Assembly: GCA_964372205.1 (NCBI GenBank)
Contig: CAYJQB010000001.1
Coordinates: 226,967 to 290,966 of the forward strand
Direction of reading: 5' to 3'
Length of the DNA stretch: 64,000 bases
Source: Candidatus Woesearchaeota archaeon
GTDB lineage: Archaea; Nanobdellota; Nanobdellia; Pacearchaeales; GW2011-AR1
Positions 36,941 through 45,023 of the stretch are shown here, piece by piece. How positions within the stretch are numbered: the stretch's first letter is position 1; each line of letters opens with the position of its first letter. A model generated the notes under the pieces. The model had not been told where the DNA came from and searched no databases. It worked only from the letters and a program-made list of their open reading frames with translations. The position numbers were made by a program, and so were the translations under genes.

Positions 36941-38617
36941 CTAATTTTCTTGATAAATATTTTCAAAAGAATTGTTTGGATTTCTTCTCACCAAACGAAT
37001 ATAATCTGCTTTTATTTTTCTGGACATATTCTGAACAAATTGAGAATTTTTAAAGATGTTTTTATAGTCCAAAAAACCATCATTTTGTTCAATATATTCT
37101 TCAAAGTCGATATTTATATCTGGAGTAATTAGCTCCCAAACCTTCTTAATAGTTGCAACAAATTTGGCTTTGTTTGTTGTTATACACTCTAAAGGATCAT
37201 CAATAATTTGCTTTCCAAGGTTGTCTTCTCTCAATATCTCTGCTAATACGTGCGAGAAGAAAAAGATGGAAAGCCCGTAGTCTCTTAAATGTTCATTATT
37301 TAACAAACCTGCTTCGTTTTTAACAAGGTCATATACGACCTTCCCAAGATATATTTTATTCGCAGAGATATTTCTTGAGAAAATATGATTATATTCTTCT
37401 CCAAATAATTTTTGTTTAAGATGGGTATTATGGGGTTTACCTAAATAGAAGGCCATAATTACCTGAGCAGCAAAATCTTTTTCAATTATCTCAGCTTCCG
37501 AGTTCAATTCCTCTCCTCGCTTCCTTCTGTAAAGAATATTTCCTTCAAATGTACGTTCAAACTCAGTCTGAATGGTTTTTTGCACAGAATCGTTTGATTT
37601 TAAATCCTTCAAACTTATGGAGTTTTGATTGTTAGTATAGAAAGTTATTTTCTTTACAAGAGGAGAAGTAGGGTTCAATTTTATTATTTTAACAAGGATA
37701 AAAAGATTATTGCTCAATGAATCTCTATTTTCAAAAAATGTTAACATTGATTGACATCCGTTGATTAAGGAATATCCTCCAAGAGTAATTTTGTGATTTG
37801 TTAGGTCCTCAGAGAAGTCTCTACAAATTATTGTAATGCCATTATGATACATAAAAAAATTGTTATGTTCTGAAGTATCCAAGATAGTTTTTTTGATGGC
37901 TTTGTTTACCCTGGTATTCCCAACACCATATCTTACATTTTTATAAAAAAGAGTCCTATCTTGAATACCTTCAAGTTTGACTAACTCCTTTGCTTTAATT
38001 GCATAGGTCCTAACAAGAGTACCATCAGGGAGGTTATATTCTATTTTTGAGGGATTTTGGATTGAAAGGTCTTTTTGAGGGAAGTTTGTTTCTTGGTCTG
38101 CAAAATAAGTATACTTGTCAAATAAAATATTAGAGTCATAACCCTCAAAATCAGTTATTGTGTTTATATAATCTTTCGCAGGAGAATTAAATATTTTGTT
38201 TGTAGTAAAAATTAGAACTTTTTTGTAATGAGTCTTTTCAGACAAGTTATTTCTTTCTACAAGAGATTTTAGCTCTCTATTTGCATCACTGTTGAGTAGA
38301 TTATTTATAGAATCACTACCTTCAAACCAGATCCTTGTTCCAACAAAATTTCTTATGTCTCTATCTCCTTGATCTTGGTTGTTGTTAGGGCTGAATTTTG
38401 ATTGAAATAAGTAAATTGTTTCTTCATCATCATCTACATATAATCCATCAATTCCTTTATCATTTCTATGATCGCACACACTATCTATTGCTTCTAAAGG
38501 ATCAAGCCTAAAAAAATTTTCAAGAAACCATATCAAAAATGCAGAAGACTCTTCTCTACCCGAACTATATTCAGAGACCTCATCCCTCATCCGATTATAG
38601 AATTCAGATTGATTCAT
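36941..38617 (-). CDS. AIPR-family abortive-infection-like protein
   Basis: 558 aa; N-terminal FLIWFLENFFRLDPLEAIDSVCDHRNDKGIDGLYVDDDEETIYLFQSKFS resembles the Mrr-like DG-IDG...Q-K N-terminal nuclease module of AIPR proteins. Confidence 0.55.
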   Translation of the reverse strand: MNQSEFYNRMRDEVSEYSSGREESSAFLIWFLENFFRLDPLEAIDSVCDHRNDKGIDGLYVDDDEETIYLFQSKFSPNNNQDQGDRDIRNFVGTRIWFEGSDSINNLLNSDANRELKSLVERNNLSEKTHYKKVLIFTTNKIFNSPAKDYINTITDFEGYDSNILFDKYTYFADQETNFPQKDLSIQNPSKIEYNLPDGTLVRTYAIKAKELVKLEGIQDRTLFYKNVRYGVGNTRVNKAIKKTILDTSEHNNFFMYHNGITIICRDFSEDLTNHKITLGGYSLINGCQSMLTFFENRDSLSNNLFILVKIIKLNPTSPLVKKITFYTNNQNSISLKDLKSNDSVQKTIQTEFERTFEGNILYRRKRGEELNSEAEIIEKDFAAQVIMAFYLGKPHNTHLKQKLFGEEYNHIFSRNISANKIYLGKVVYDLVKNEAGLLNNEHLRDYGLSIFFFSHVLAEILREDNLGKQIIDDPLECITTNKAKFVATIKKVWELITPDINIDFEEYIEQNDGFLDYKNIFKNSQFVQNMSRKIKADYIRLVRRNPNNSFENIYQEN

Positions 38618-38776
38618 AAATACAAATCAGTAATTGAACTTTAAATGAATTTCTATAATTGACTTTTTAGCTCTTTTACCAGCAAATTTCTTTTGTCATT
38701 TATGGAAAATTATCAAGAAATAACTTGTATAAAACTTGTATATACTCCGTCCCATGATTATCGCACAATAGGGTTA

Positions 38777-38861
38777 CGCCCGGACCAGGATTTGAACCTG
38801 GGAATCGCTTGCGCGAAACGGGATTAGCAATCCCGCGCAGTAACCGCTGTGCCATCCGGGC
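38777..38861 (-). tRNA. tRNA-Ser (anticodon GCT), long variable arm
   Basis: Hand-folded: acceptor GCCCGGA/TCCGGGC, anticodon stem CGGGA/TCCCG with loop TTGCTAA, long variable arm, T-arm CCAGG-TTCAAAT-CCTGG, discriminator G. Confidence 0.85.
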
Positions 38862-38907
38862 ATAAATTGATTAGAAAAAGATTGCTTTTAAGTCTTATTA
38901 TAGATTC

Positions 38908-39348
38908 TTATTTACTTCTCTTTTTTGCTAGAGCAAGTTTCCCTGCACCGAATGCAGCAAGCACTACCAAACAAATGAATATCAACAAATCTCTTTCAGA
39001 TCCTGCAGTTATTCCATTAGGTATTTGCATAAACAAGAATGCTACACCAATAACAACCATCAATGGATAAGTTACCCAAGGGAATCCCCCTCCGATAATC
39101 AATGCTAGTCCAAACACAACTTCAACAATTCCAACTATAATCCCAACCCATCCAGGCAATCCGAAAGGACCAAATCCTCCAGTCAATTTAGGATATCCAT
39201 GATATACAAATATGAAACCAATCCAAAGTCTCAAGGCCAATAATGCCCATCCTCTCAAACTCTCTTTTCTCATCGTTTTTTGTAATCTCCAAGCTTTAAA
39301 AATCTTTTTATGAAAAGTATATAAACCTTGAATCATTAAGACAGTCAT
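38908..39348 (-). CDS. DoxX-family membrane protein
   Basis: WALLALRLWIGFIFVYHGYPKL motif and four TM helices. Confidence 0.6.
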   Translation of the reverse strand: MTVLMIQGLYTFHKKIFKAWRLQKTMRKESLRGWALLALRLWIGFIFVYHGYPKLTGGFGPFGLPGWVGIIVGIVEVVFGLALIIGGGFPWVTYPLMVVIGVAFLFMQIPNGITAGSERDLLIFICLVVLAAFGAGKLALAKKRSK

Positions 39349-39601
39349 GGTGATGGAAACATTATTTTTTCAAAGCATTCCTCAATCATGGTTGATATGG
39401 TTAATCCCTTTGATGATATGGGAAGCTATATGGAAAGGTGTAGGTCTTTGGAAATCAGGAAGAAATAATCACCTAGTCTGGTTCGTGTTCATCTTCTTAG
39501 TTAATTCTGTGGGAATATTGCCAATAATTTATTTAGCATTCTTCCAAAAGAAGAAGTCTCAACCTAGAAGAAGTCCTAGAAAGGTAAAAAGAAGAAGATA
39601 A
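39347..39601 (+). CDS. small membrane protein with basic C-terminus
   Basis: Two TM helices, KKKSQPRRSPRKVKRRR tail. Confidence 0.4.
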   Translation: MVMETLFFQSIPQSWLIWLIPLMIWEAIWKGVGLWKSGRNNHLVWFVFIFLVNSVGILPIIYLAFFQKKKSQPRRSPRKVKRRR

Positions 39602-39602
39602 T

Positions 39603-40070
39603 TTAATCTAGTATTTTCTGATAAACGAATAATCCTTTTTCATACTCTATCTTTTCCCAAGCCCTCATACTCTGCATATTTCCAACCTCTACAAGAAACA
39701 TTATTTCTCGGATTCCTGCCCCCCTTAAGAATGATTCCATTTCCTTCATTATCTCTCCTCCAATGCCCTTGTTCTGCATATCCCCTCTGACAGATATCTC
39801 TGTTATTTCTCCATGTTCCTCAAACTTAGAGAAATTGACACTTTTCAGAATTTTACATGCCCCAAATCCAATAACCTCTTCATTCAACTCATAGACAATC
39901 AGCTTTCTTTTATCTTCGCCAATATATTTTTTGAATCTTTCTTGAAAATCTTTTTTTTCATTATCTTTCAGCGCGAATCTTCCTGGTTTGATTTTAACTA
40001 GTTTTTTTACTAACATTTCATGAAGCAAATACACTTTATTAAAATCCTCAATTTTAGCATCCCTAATCAT
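39603..40070 (-). CDS. GNAT family N-acetyltransferase
   Basis: MQNKGIGGEIMKEM (QxxGxG) motif. Confidence 0.65.
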   Translation of the reverse strand: MIRDAKIEDFNKVYLLHEMLVKKLVKIKPGRFALKDNEKKDFQERFKKYIGEDKRKLIVYELNEEVIGFGACKILKSVNFSKFEEHGEITEISVRGDMQNKGIGGEIMKEMESFLRGAGIREIMFLVEVGNMQSMRAWEKIEYEKGLFVYQKILD

Positions 40071-40122
40071 AGTCGCATGAAGACGATAACATTTAAAAGT
40101 CCTTTCATCGCTGTATTGTTAT

Positions 40123-40198
40123 AGCGGGGTGGAGCAGCCTGGAGTGCTCACCGGGCCCATAACCCGGAGGTCGCGTGGTTCAAATCCCGCCCCCGCTA
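40123..40198 (+). tRNA. initiator tRNA-Met (CAT)
   Basis: A1:U72 acceptor pair, anticodon stem with three consecutive G-C pairs (CCGGG/CCCGG), loop CCCATAA, T-loop TTCAAAT; one mismatch/bulge in T-stem. Confidence 0.75.
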
Positions 40199-40296
40199 CT
40201 TATTGTAGTCCCTAAAGTAGTGCCTAAATATCACGTTTTTATTCTGATAACGTTACACTATATCTTTTTAAACGGCCTCTCACCAGGTTTTCCACC

Positions 40297-40908
40297 ATGG
40301 CAGCCCAAATATCCTTAGTCAAGCTTGGAGAATCTCATTATTACTCACTCATAAGGTCAGCGATAGAATCTTGGCCAAAAGAGGTAATGGGAGAAGTATA
40401 TGGAAAAACTCACTCTAGCATTCTGAAAGCTACAAACATCTACGAATTTGTAACAGCTAGAAGACGCCCTACTTCAGTATCTTACGGAAATAATGAAGCC
40501 ATGAAGCGCCTAAGACGTTTAGATGAGGTAATAACAAGAAACAAATACCTCAAAAGCAAACTATTGGGAGGATTCCATACTCACGTTATAAATCGCTCCA
40601 ATAGGACACTCACAAGAAAACAGCAAAATACTCTCTCTAAGGAAGATATAGAGTTCATAAAAGGTGAGATGGAAATAGCAGGGCTTGGAGAATGGATAGA
40701 AATTCTTGTAAGGATTGAAAAGAAGAGTTATCTGTCACCAAAGAAACCAAGCAAGACTCTCACATATAAGGGGAAGAAAATGAGAATCAATTTGATTGAT
40801 CTTCCTCATTCAGGATACGACATAACTTTTTCAGCATTCCACATAAACAGAGATTCGAAAGTCAAAGAACTAGAAATAAGGAATGGGGAAATGATAAAGT
40901 CATCATGA
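40297..40908 (+). CDS. hypothetical protein (weak MPN/JAB-like HxH segment)
   Basis: GGFHTHVINRS resembles but does not complete the JAMM motif. Confidence 0.35.
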   Translation: MAAQISLVKLGESHYYSLIRSAIESWPKEVMGEVYGKTHSSILKATNIYEFVTARRRPTSVSYGNNEAMKRLRRLDEVITRNKYLKSKLLGGFHTHVINRSNRTLTRKQQNTLSKEDIEFIKGEMEIAGLGEWIEILVRIEKKSYLSPKKPSKTLTYKGKKMRINLIDLPHSGYDITFSAFHINRDSKVKELEIRNGEMIKSS

Positions 40909-40949
40909 TACAAATCATTAAAAATCCATAGTTCTGAATAAAGTTACTC

Positions 40950-41345
40950 ATGGAAGAAACTGATTTTTCTTCAAAATGGAAAGAGACTTCTCCTCATTCA
41001 AGAATATGGGAAATAACTGTCCACAAAGAAAACCCGGTGACTTATCATGCATGGAGAGAGTTGAACGGAGATAATCAACCTGTTTATGGAATAGGCTTCA
41101 AACCTAAAAAGACTCCTAAAGGTTATGCTTATCAAACTTACATCTCCGGCACAATAACTGAAATTAAAAAAGATGTGCACTCAAAAGAAAAAGCCACTAA
41201 TCTTGGAAACGGATTAAGTCTTGTTCGCAAGGGTGGTGGAACACTTCCAAGCGGAGTAAGAGAAGGTTTAGAAGGAGCAGTAGCAAAAAGACTAGGGGAA
41301 ATCCTTGAAAGAGACATGAAAAAAAGAACTTTCACTATAAGATAA
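40950..41345 (+). CDS. hypothetical protein
   Basis: 131-aa ORF. Confidence 0.35.
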   Translation: MEETDFSSKWKETSPHSRIWEITVHKENPVTYHAWRELNGDNQPVYGIGFKPKKTPKGYAYQTYISGTITEIKKDVHSKEKATNLGNGLSLVRKGGGTLPSGVREGLEGAVAKRLGEILERDMKKRTFTIR

Positions 41346-41351
41346 GTTTAA

Positions 41352-41756
41352 TCACCCGTTTAATGCTTCATTCACAAGTTCGTCAGCTCTCTGCTGGAAT
41401 TTATCCCATCTACTAACATGCTTGTAGATTATCTTTTCAAAATTATTTTCTAACTTCTTCGCTATAAGGTTTAGTGGAACAAGCTGACTTGCTCTCACTT
41501 GATACTCTCCATTCATCTGTTTCACAACAAGCTCCGAATCCATTATCACAATTACTTCTTTTTTTGTAAACCTGATTGCATTTTCTAAAGCCTTTATCAA
41601 AGAGTTATACTCCGCAACATTATTAGTAGTCACTCCTATTTTCTCTCTGAATTCAAAAAGAATTTTATCTTCATCTCTTATTACAAATCCAATAGCCGCT
41701 TTCCCAGGATTTCCTCTGCTTCCCCCATCGCAGTTTATTGTAATTTTATCATGCAT
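41352..41756 (-). CDS. rnhA: ribonuclease HI (RNase H type 1)
   Basis: CDGGSRGNPG...NNVAEYNSLIKAL...DSELVVKQMNGEY catalytic D-E-D architecture. Confidence 0.7.
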   Translation of the reverse strand: MHDKITINCDGGSRGNPGKAAIGFVIRDEDKILFEFREKIGVTTNNVAEYNSLIKALENAIRFTKKEVIVIMDSELVVKQMNGEYQVRASQLVPLNLIAKKLENNFEKIIYKHVSRWDKFQQRADELVNEALNG

Positions 41757-41849
41757 CCATATAACTTGGAAATTGGACTTTTAATATTTTTCATCTAAGA
41801 TATGTTTAAATAAAATGGTCAATTAACTTAATTATAAGGAGGCGAAACA

Positions 41850-42101
41850 ATGAAAGCTGAAGTAATAGAAAAGATTAGCGCCTTGATGATTGCTGCTTTT
41901 GGACTTGTTGCTGCGTTAGCTTGGAATGATGCAATCAGAGCGTTATTTGTAGGTCCATGTGGAACAGACGGAGCAGGAGCACTTTGCGCAGTTTCATCTG
42001 GAGGACCATGGTTGTATGCAGTAATAGTCACAGTAATTGCAGTGGTTGCAACAATCTGGATAGGCAAGGTTGCTGATAGAGCCAACAAGAAGAAGCAGTA
42101 G
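41850..42101 (+). CDS. small membrane protein
   Basis: Two TM helices, basic tail. Confidence 0.4.
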   Translation: MKAEVIEKISALMIAAFGLVAALAWNDAIRALFVGPCGTDGAGALCAVSSGGPWLYAVIVTVIAVVATIWIGKVADRANKKKQ

Positions 42102-42153
42102 CCAGATAACTTTGATTAACAAGATTTATATAATTGTTTAAATTTCATATTAA

Positions 42154-42765
42154 ATGGAGAGTGATATCAATTTTAAGAAGATATTTCTAATTACTCTTAT
42201 AATTTCCTTAAGTATTAGCGCTCTGTTAGGAATAATAATTTTCTTGATAGGAGAATTCGGCTATACTCAAACAAGAATTCTTTTAACAACTTTGACAATC
42301 GGAGGATTTAGTCTCACAGGTTTATGTTGTGCAACATTGTTAGATAGAAAAAGGTTTTCAGCATTTGCAATCATAGGAATGATTATTTCTGTTTTAGGAT
42401 TTTTGTTCATAACTTCCTTAATTTGGGAAATTATTGATTGGGACTCATCGAGTATTATTTCGAGAACTGTGATAATAGTGATAATTCTTGCATTTTCAGT
42501 AGCTCACGCTTCATTATTATTGCTCATAAAGTCGGATAAAACAATTGTCAATGTTTCACTCTCAACAACTCTTTTATTCTTGTCTCTCGTCGCTCTTGAG
42601 CTAATTGTTCTGGTCATTAACGAATTTGGAAATGTTGAAAATATATGGTGGAGGATTTTAGGAGTGTTTGCTATTCTAGACGTACTAGGAACGATTGTTA
42701 CTCCAATACTTCTAAAGGTGACTTCTTTGCATTCCCAAGAAAAAGCAGCAGGACAGAAAATTTGA
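42154..42765 (+). CDS. polytopic membrane protein
   Basis: Six hydrophobic segments. Confidence 0.45.
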   Translation: MESDINFKKIFLITLIISLSISALLGIIIFLIGEFGYTQTRILLTTLTIGGFSLTGLCCATLLDRKRFSAFAIIGMIISVLGFLFITSLIWEIIDWDSSSIISRTVIIVIILAFSVAHASLLLLIKSDKTIVNVSLSTTLLFLSLVALELIVLVINEFGNVENIWWRILGVFAILDVLGTIVTPILLKVTSLHSQEKAAGQKI

Positions 42766-42805
42766 AAGCCAATATATTTTTATACCTCTGACTTTTTCAT
42801 TAAAT

Positions 42806-43489
42806 ATGTACATAATAGGGGTGGACGATGCCGGAAGAGGTCCTTTAATTGGTCCAATGGTTTTAGCAGGGGTTTTGATAAAAACAGCAGACCAGGATTT
42901 CTTGAAAGAATCAGGAGTAAAAGACTCCAAAATGCTCACTCAGGAAAAACGTCTTGCTCTCGATGAATTAATCAAATCAAAATCCCTTGGATATAAAGCA
43001 GTTCTAGTTCCTCCAATCGAAATCGATGATGCAGTTCTCTCAGGAAGAAACTTAAACAATCTGGAAGCAATAAAATGTGCTGAAGTAATAGACTCCTTGA
43101 ATACAGAAGACATGCATGATAAAGAGATAAAGGTTATTGTAGACTGTCCATCTCCAAACACAAAAGCTTGGCAAGCTGTTCTCATCTCACATATAAAATA
43201 TTCTAAAAATCTAAAGATAAAATGTGAGCATAAAGCAGATGCGAATCATCCGTGTGTTTCAGCAGCATCTGTTTTGGCAAAATTAGCAAGAGAAGAAGCT
43301 GTAGCAGAAATCAAATCTCAATATGGGAATATAGGTTCAGGTTATCTAACAGACCCAGTAACTCAAGCATTCATAAAAGAAAAAAGCGCAGAACTTGAAA
43401 ACTCAGGCATATTCAGAAAATCATGGTCTACTTGGACTAATCTTGTCGCAGAAAAACAACAGAAGAAACTATTCGGGATATTCTTCTAG
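42806..43489 (+). CDS. rnhB: ribonuclease HII
   Basis: IIGVDDAGRGPLIGPMV N-terminal catalytic motif and DxxS...D region of RNase HII. Confidence 0.8.
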   Translation: MYIIGVDDAGRGPLIGPMVLAGVLIKTADQDFLKESGVKDSKMLTQEKRLALDELIKSKSLGYKAVLVPPIEIDDAVLSGRNLNNLEAIKCAEVIDSLNTEDMHDKEIKVIVDCPSPNTKAWQAVLISHIKYSKNLKIKCEHKADANHPCVSAASVLAKLAREEAVAEIKSQYGNIGSGYLTDPVTQAFIKEKSAELENSGIFRKSWSTWTNLVAEKQQKKLFGIFF

Positions 43490-44341
43490 TTTTTTCATCG
43501 CTAGCTTTATTGATTTGGAATTAGACGAAAATACTTTCCAAGGATTTTTCTCAAGATATCTTGAAATGCTTTTTATTGTATATTTATCAAATTTAAAATC
43601 TGGTTTAAGCTCATTCCAAGAGAGAGGCATTGCGATTGTTCCAGGCTCTTTTGCTCTTAATGAATAAGGCACGACTTTTAGTTGAGCTCTTGCGTTTCTC
43701 AAATAATCAATGAAAACTCTCCCTTTTCTCTTATTTATTCTCTGTTCTGTTGTGAACTTGTCAGGATTTATTTTTTCAATTATCTCAGCTATTCTTCTCG
43801 AAAACTTCTTTGTTTCATTAAACGTGACGTCTCTCTTTATAGGCACAATTATGTGAAAGCCCTTCTGACCGGTTGATAACAAATAACTCTTTAATTCTAG
43901 GGAGTCAAGAATCTTTTTTACTGCATTCGTTGCCTGAACTGCATCAGAAAGTTTTTTCTCATTCGGAGGATCAATGTCCCATACAACAACCTCCGGATAA
44001 TCAATTTTGTCAATCCTTGACAGCCAATGATGAAAAATCAGAGTATCTTGATTAGCAAGGTATACTAAAGTGTCTTTATCATTGCATACAACATATTCAG
44101 TTCCATTGATTTTCTTTGTTTTAATCCACTTAGGAAAATACCCCCCAGCATTTTTCTGATAGAAACACATTTTTCCAGCACCTTCAACACATCTCTCAAG
44201 AGCAATAGGTCTATCTTTCACATAAGGAAGAATTTTGTTTGAAACTTTAATGTAATAATTAATTACATCTTTTTTGGTTATCTTTGATTTAGGATAGATA
44301 ATCTTGTCAGGATGAGTGATTTCTACTTTTCCGATTTTCAT
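43469..44341 (-). CDS. LigD-type polymerase/primase (PrimPol) domain protein, stand-alone
   Basis: ITHPDKIIYP...ITKKDVINYY...DRPIALERC...FYQK motifs as in the NHEJ LigD Pol domain. Confidence 0.65.
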   Translation of the reverse strand: MKIGKVEITHPDKIIYPKSKITKKDVINYYIKVSNKILPYVKDRPIALERCVEGAGKMCFYQKNAGGYFPKWIKTKKINGTEYVVCNDKDTLVYLANQDTLIFHHWLSRIDKIDYPEVVVWDIDPPNEKKLSDAVQATNAVKKILDSLELKSYLLSTGQKGFHIIVPIKRDVTFNETKKFSRRIAEIIEKINPDKFTTEQRINKRKGRVFIDYLRNARAQLKVVPYSLRAKEPGTIAMPLSWNELKPDFKFDKYTIKSISRYLEKNPWKVFSSNSKSIKLAMKKLEEYPE

Positions 44342-44913
44342 TTTTTCTTCTTTCCTCTTGCAATCTGCTCAAGAGTTTTTCCAGACTTTACAGACTTATT
44401 TTCTCCAGCAATCTTCTTATTTGCAAAATCATCTTTCATTTTGAATAACAGCCAGTTTTTGTTTTGTCCTTTAAATCTTATTAGTGCATAAGCTCCATTC
44501 AGTTTCTTCCCTTCAAGAAACACTTCTATCATCCCCATTTCATAAGACTTCTTCATGTCAATAGGAGTTTCTTTTTCTCCTTTGAGGTTTATGAATTTAC
44601 CTTTGTCCCAGAGCATAACAGTTCCAGCTCCGTAATTTCCTTCAGGAATAATGCCTTCAAAGTTTCCATAGTCCATTGGATGTTCCTCTGTTTCAACAGC
44701 GAGCCGTTTATCGGTAGGATTATTAGAAATTCCCTTAGGCACAGCCCAGGATTTTAGCGCTCCTTCTATTTCTAATCTAAAATCATAATGTAACTGTGAA
44801 GCATCATGTTTCTGAACAACAAATACTCCTTTCTTCCCAGAGCTTTTCTTCACTTTCCATTTCGGCTCAGGAGTCTTATCGAATTTCCTCTTTTTTTCAT
44901 ATACTGTTGGCAT
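44338..44913 (-). CDS. LigD-type 3'-phosphoesterase domain protein, stand-alone
   Basis: FVVQKHDASQLHYDFRLE...LKSWAVPKG...EHPMDYGNFEGIIPEGNYGAGTVMLWD matches LigD PE domain motifs; 4-nt overlap with Pol gene. Confidence 0.7.
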   Translation of the reverse strand: MPTVYEKKRKFDKTPEPKWKVKKSSGKKGVFVVQKHDASQLHYDFRLEIEGALKSWAVPKGISNNPTDKRLAVETEEHPMDYGNFEGIIPEGNYGAGTVMLWDKGKFINLKGEKETPIDMKKSYEMGMIEVFLEGKKLNGAYALIRFKGQNKNWLLFKMKDDFANKKIAGENKSVKSGKTLEQIARGKKKK

Positions 44914-45023
44914 CCTTTAAGGAGGAAAAAGGTATTAATTAATGTTTTCCAATAAAATATGTCTTATAACGACTAACAAAAGCCCTAAATAATCTTTAAA
45001 TAACTCATATCCCAATAGATATC

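Larger units (their letters stand above)
33599..38787. mobile_element. tRNA-Ser-linked composite genomic island (two putative tandem inserts delimited by copies of the tRNA 3' end); no integrase present
   Basis: 14-nt tRNA-Ser 3' end core present at 33599, 35042 (1 mismatch) and in the intact tRNA at 38774; cargo is defence/TA-type genes. Confidence 0.5.
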
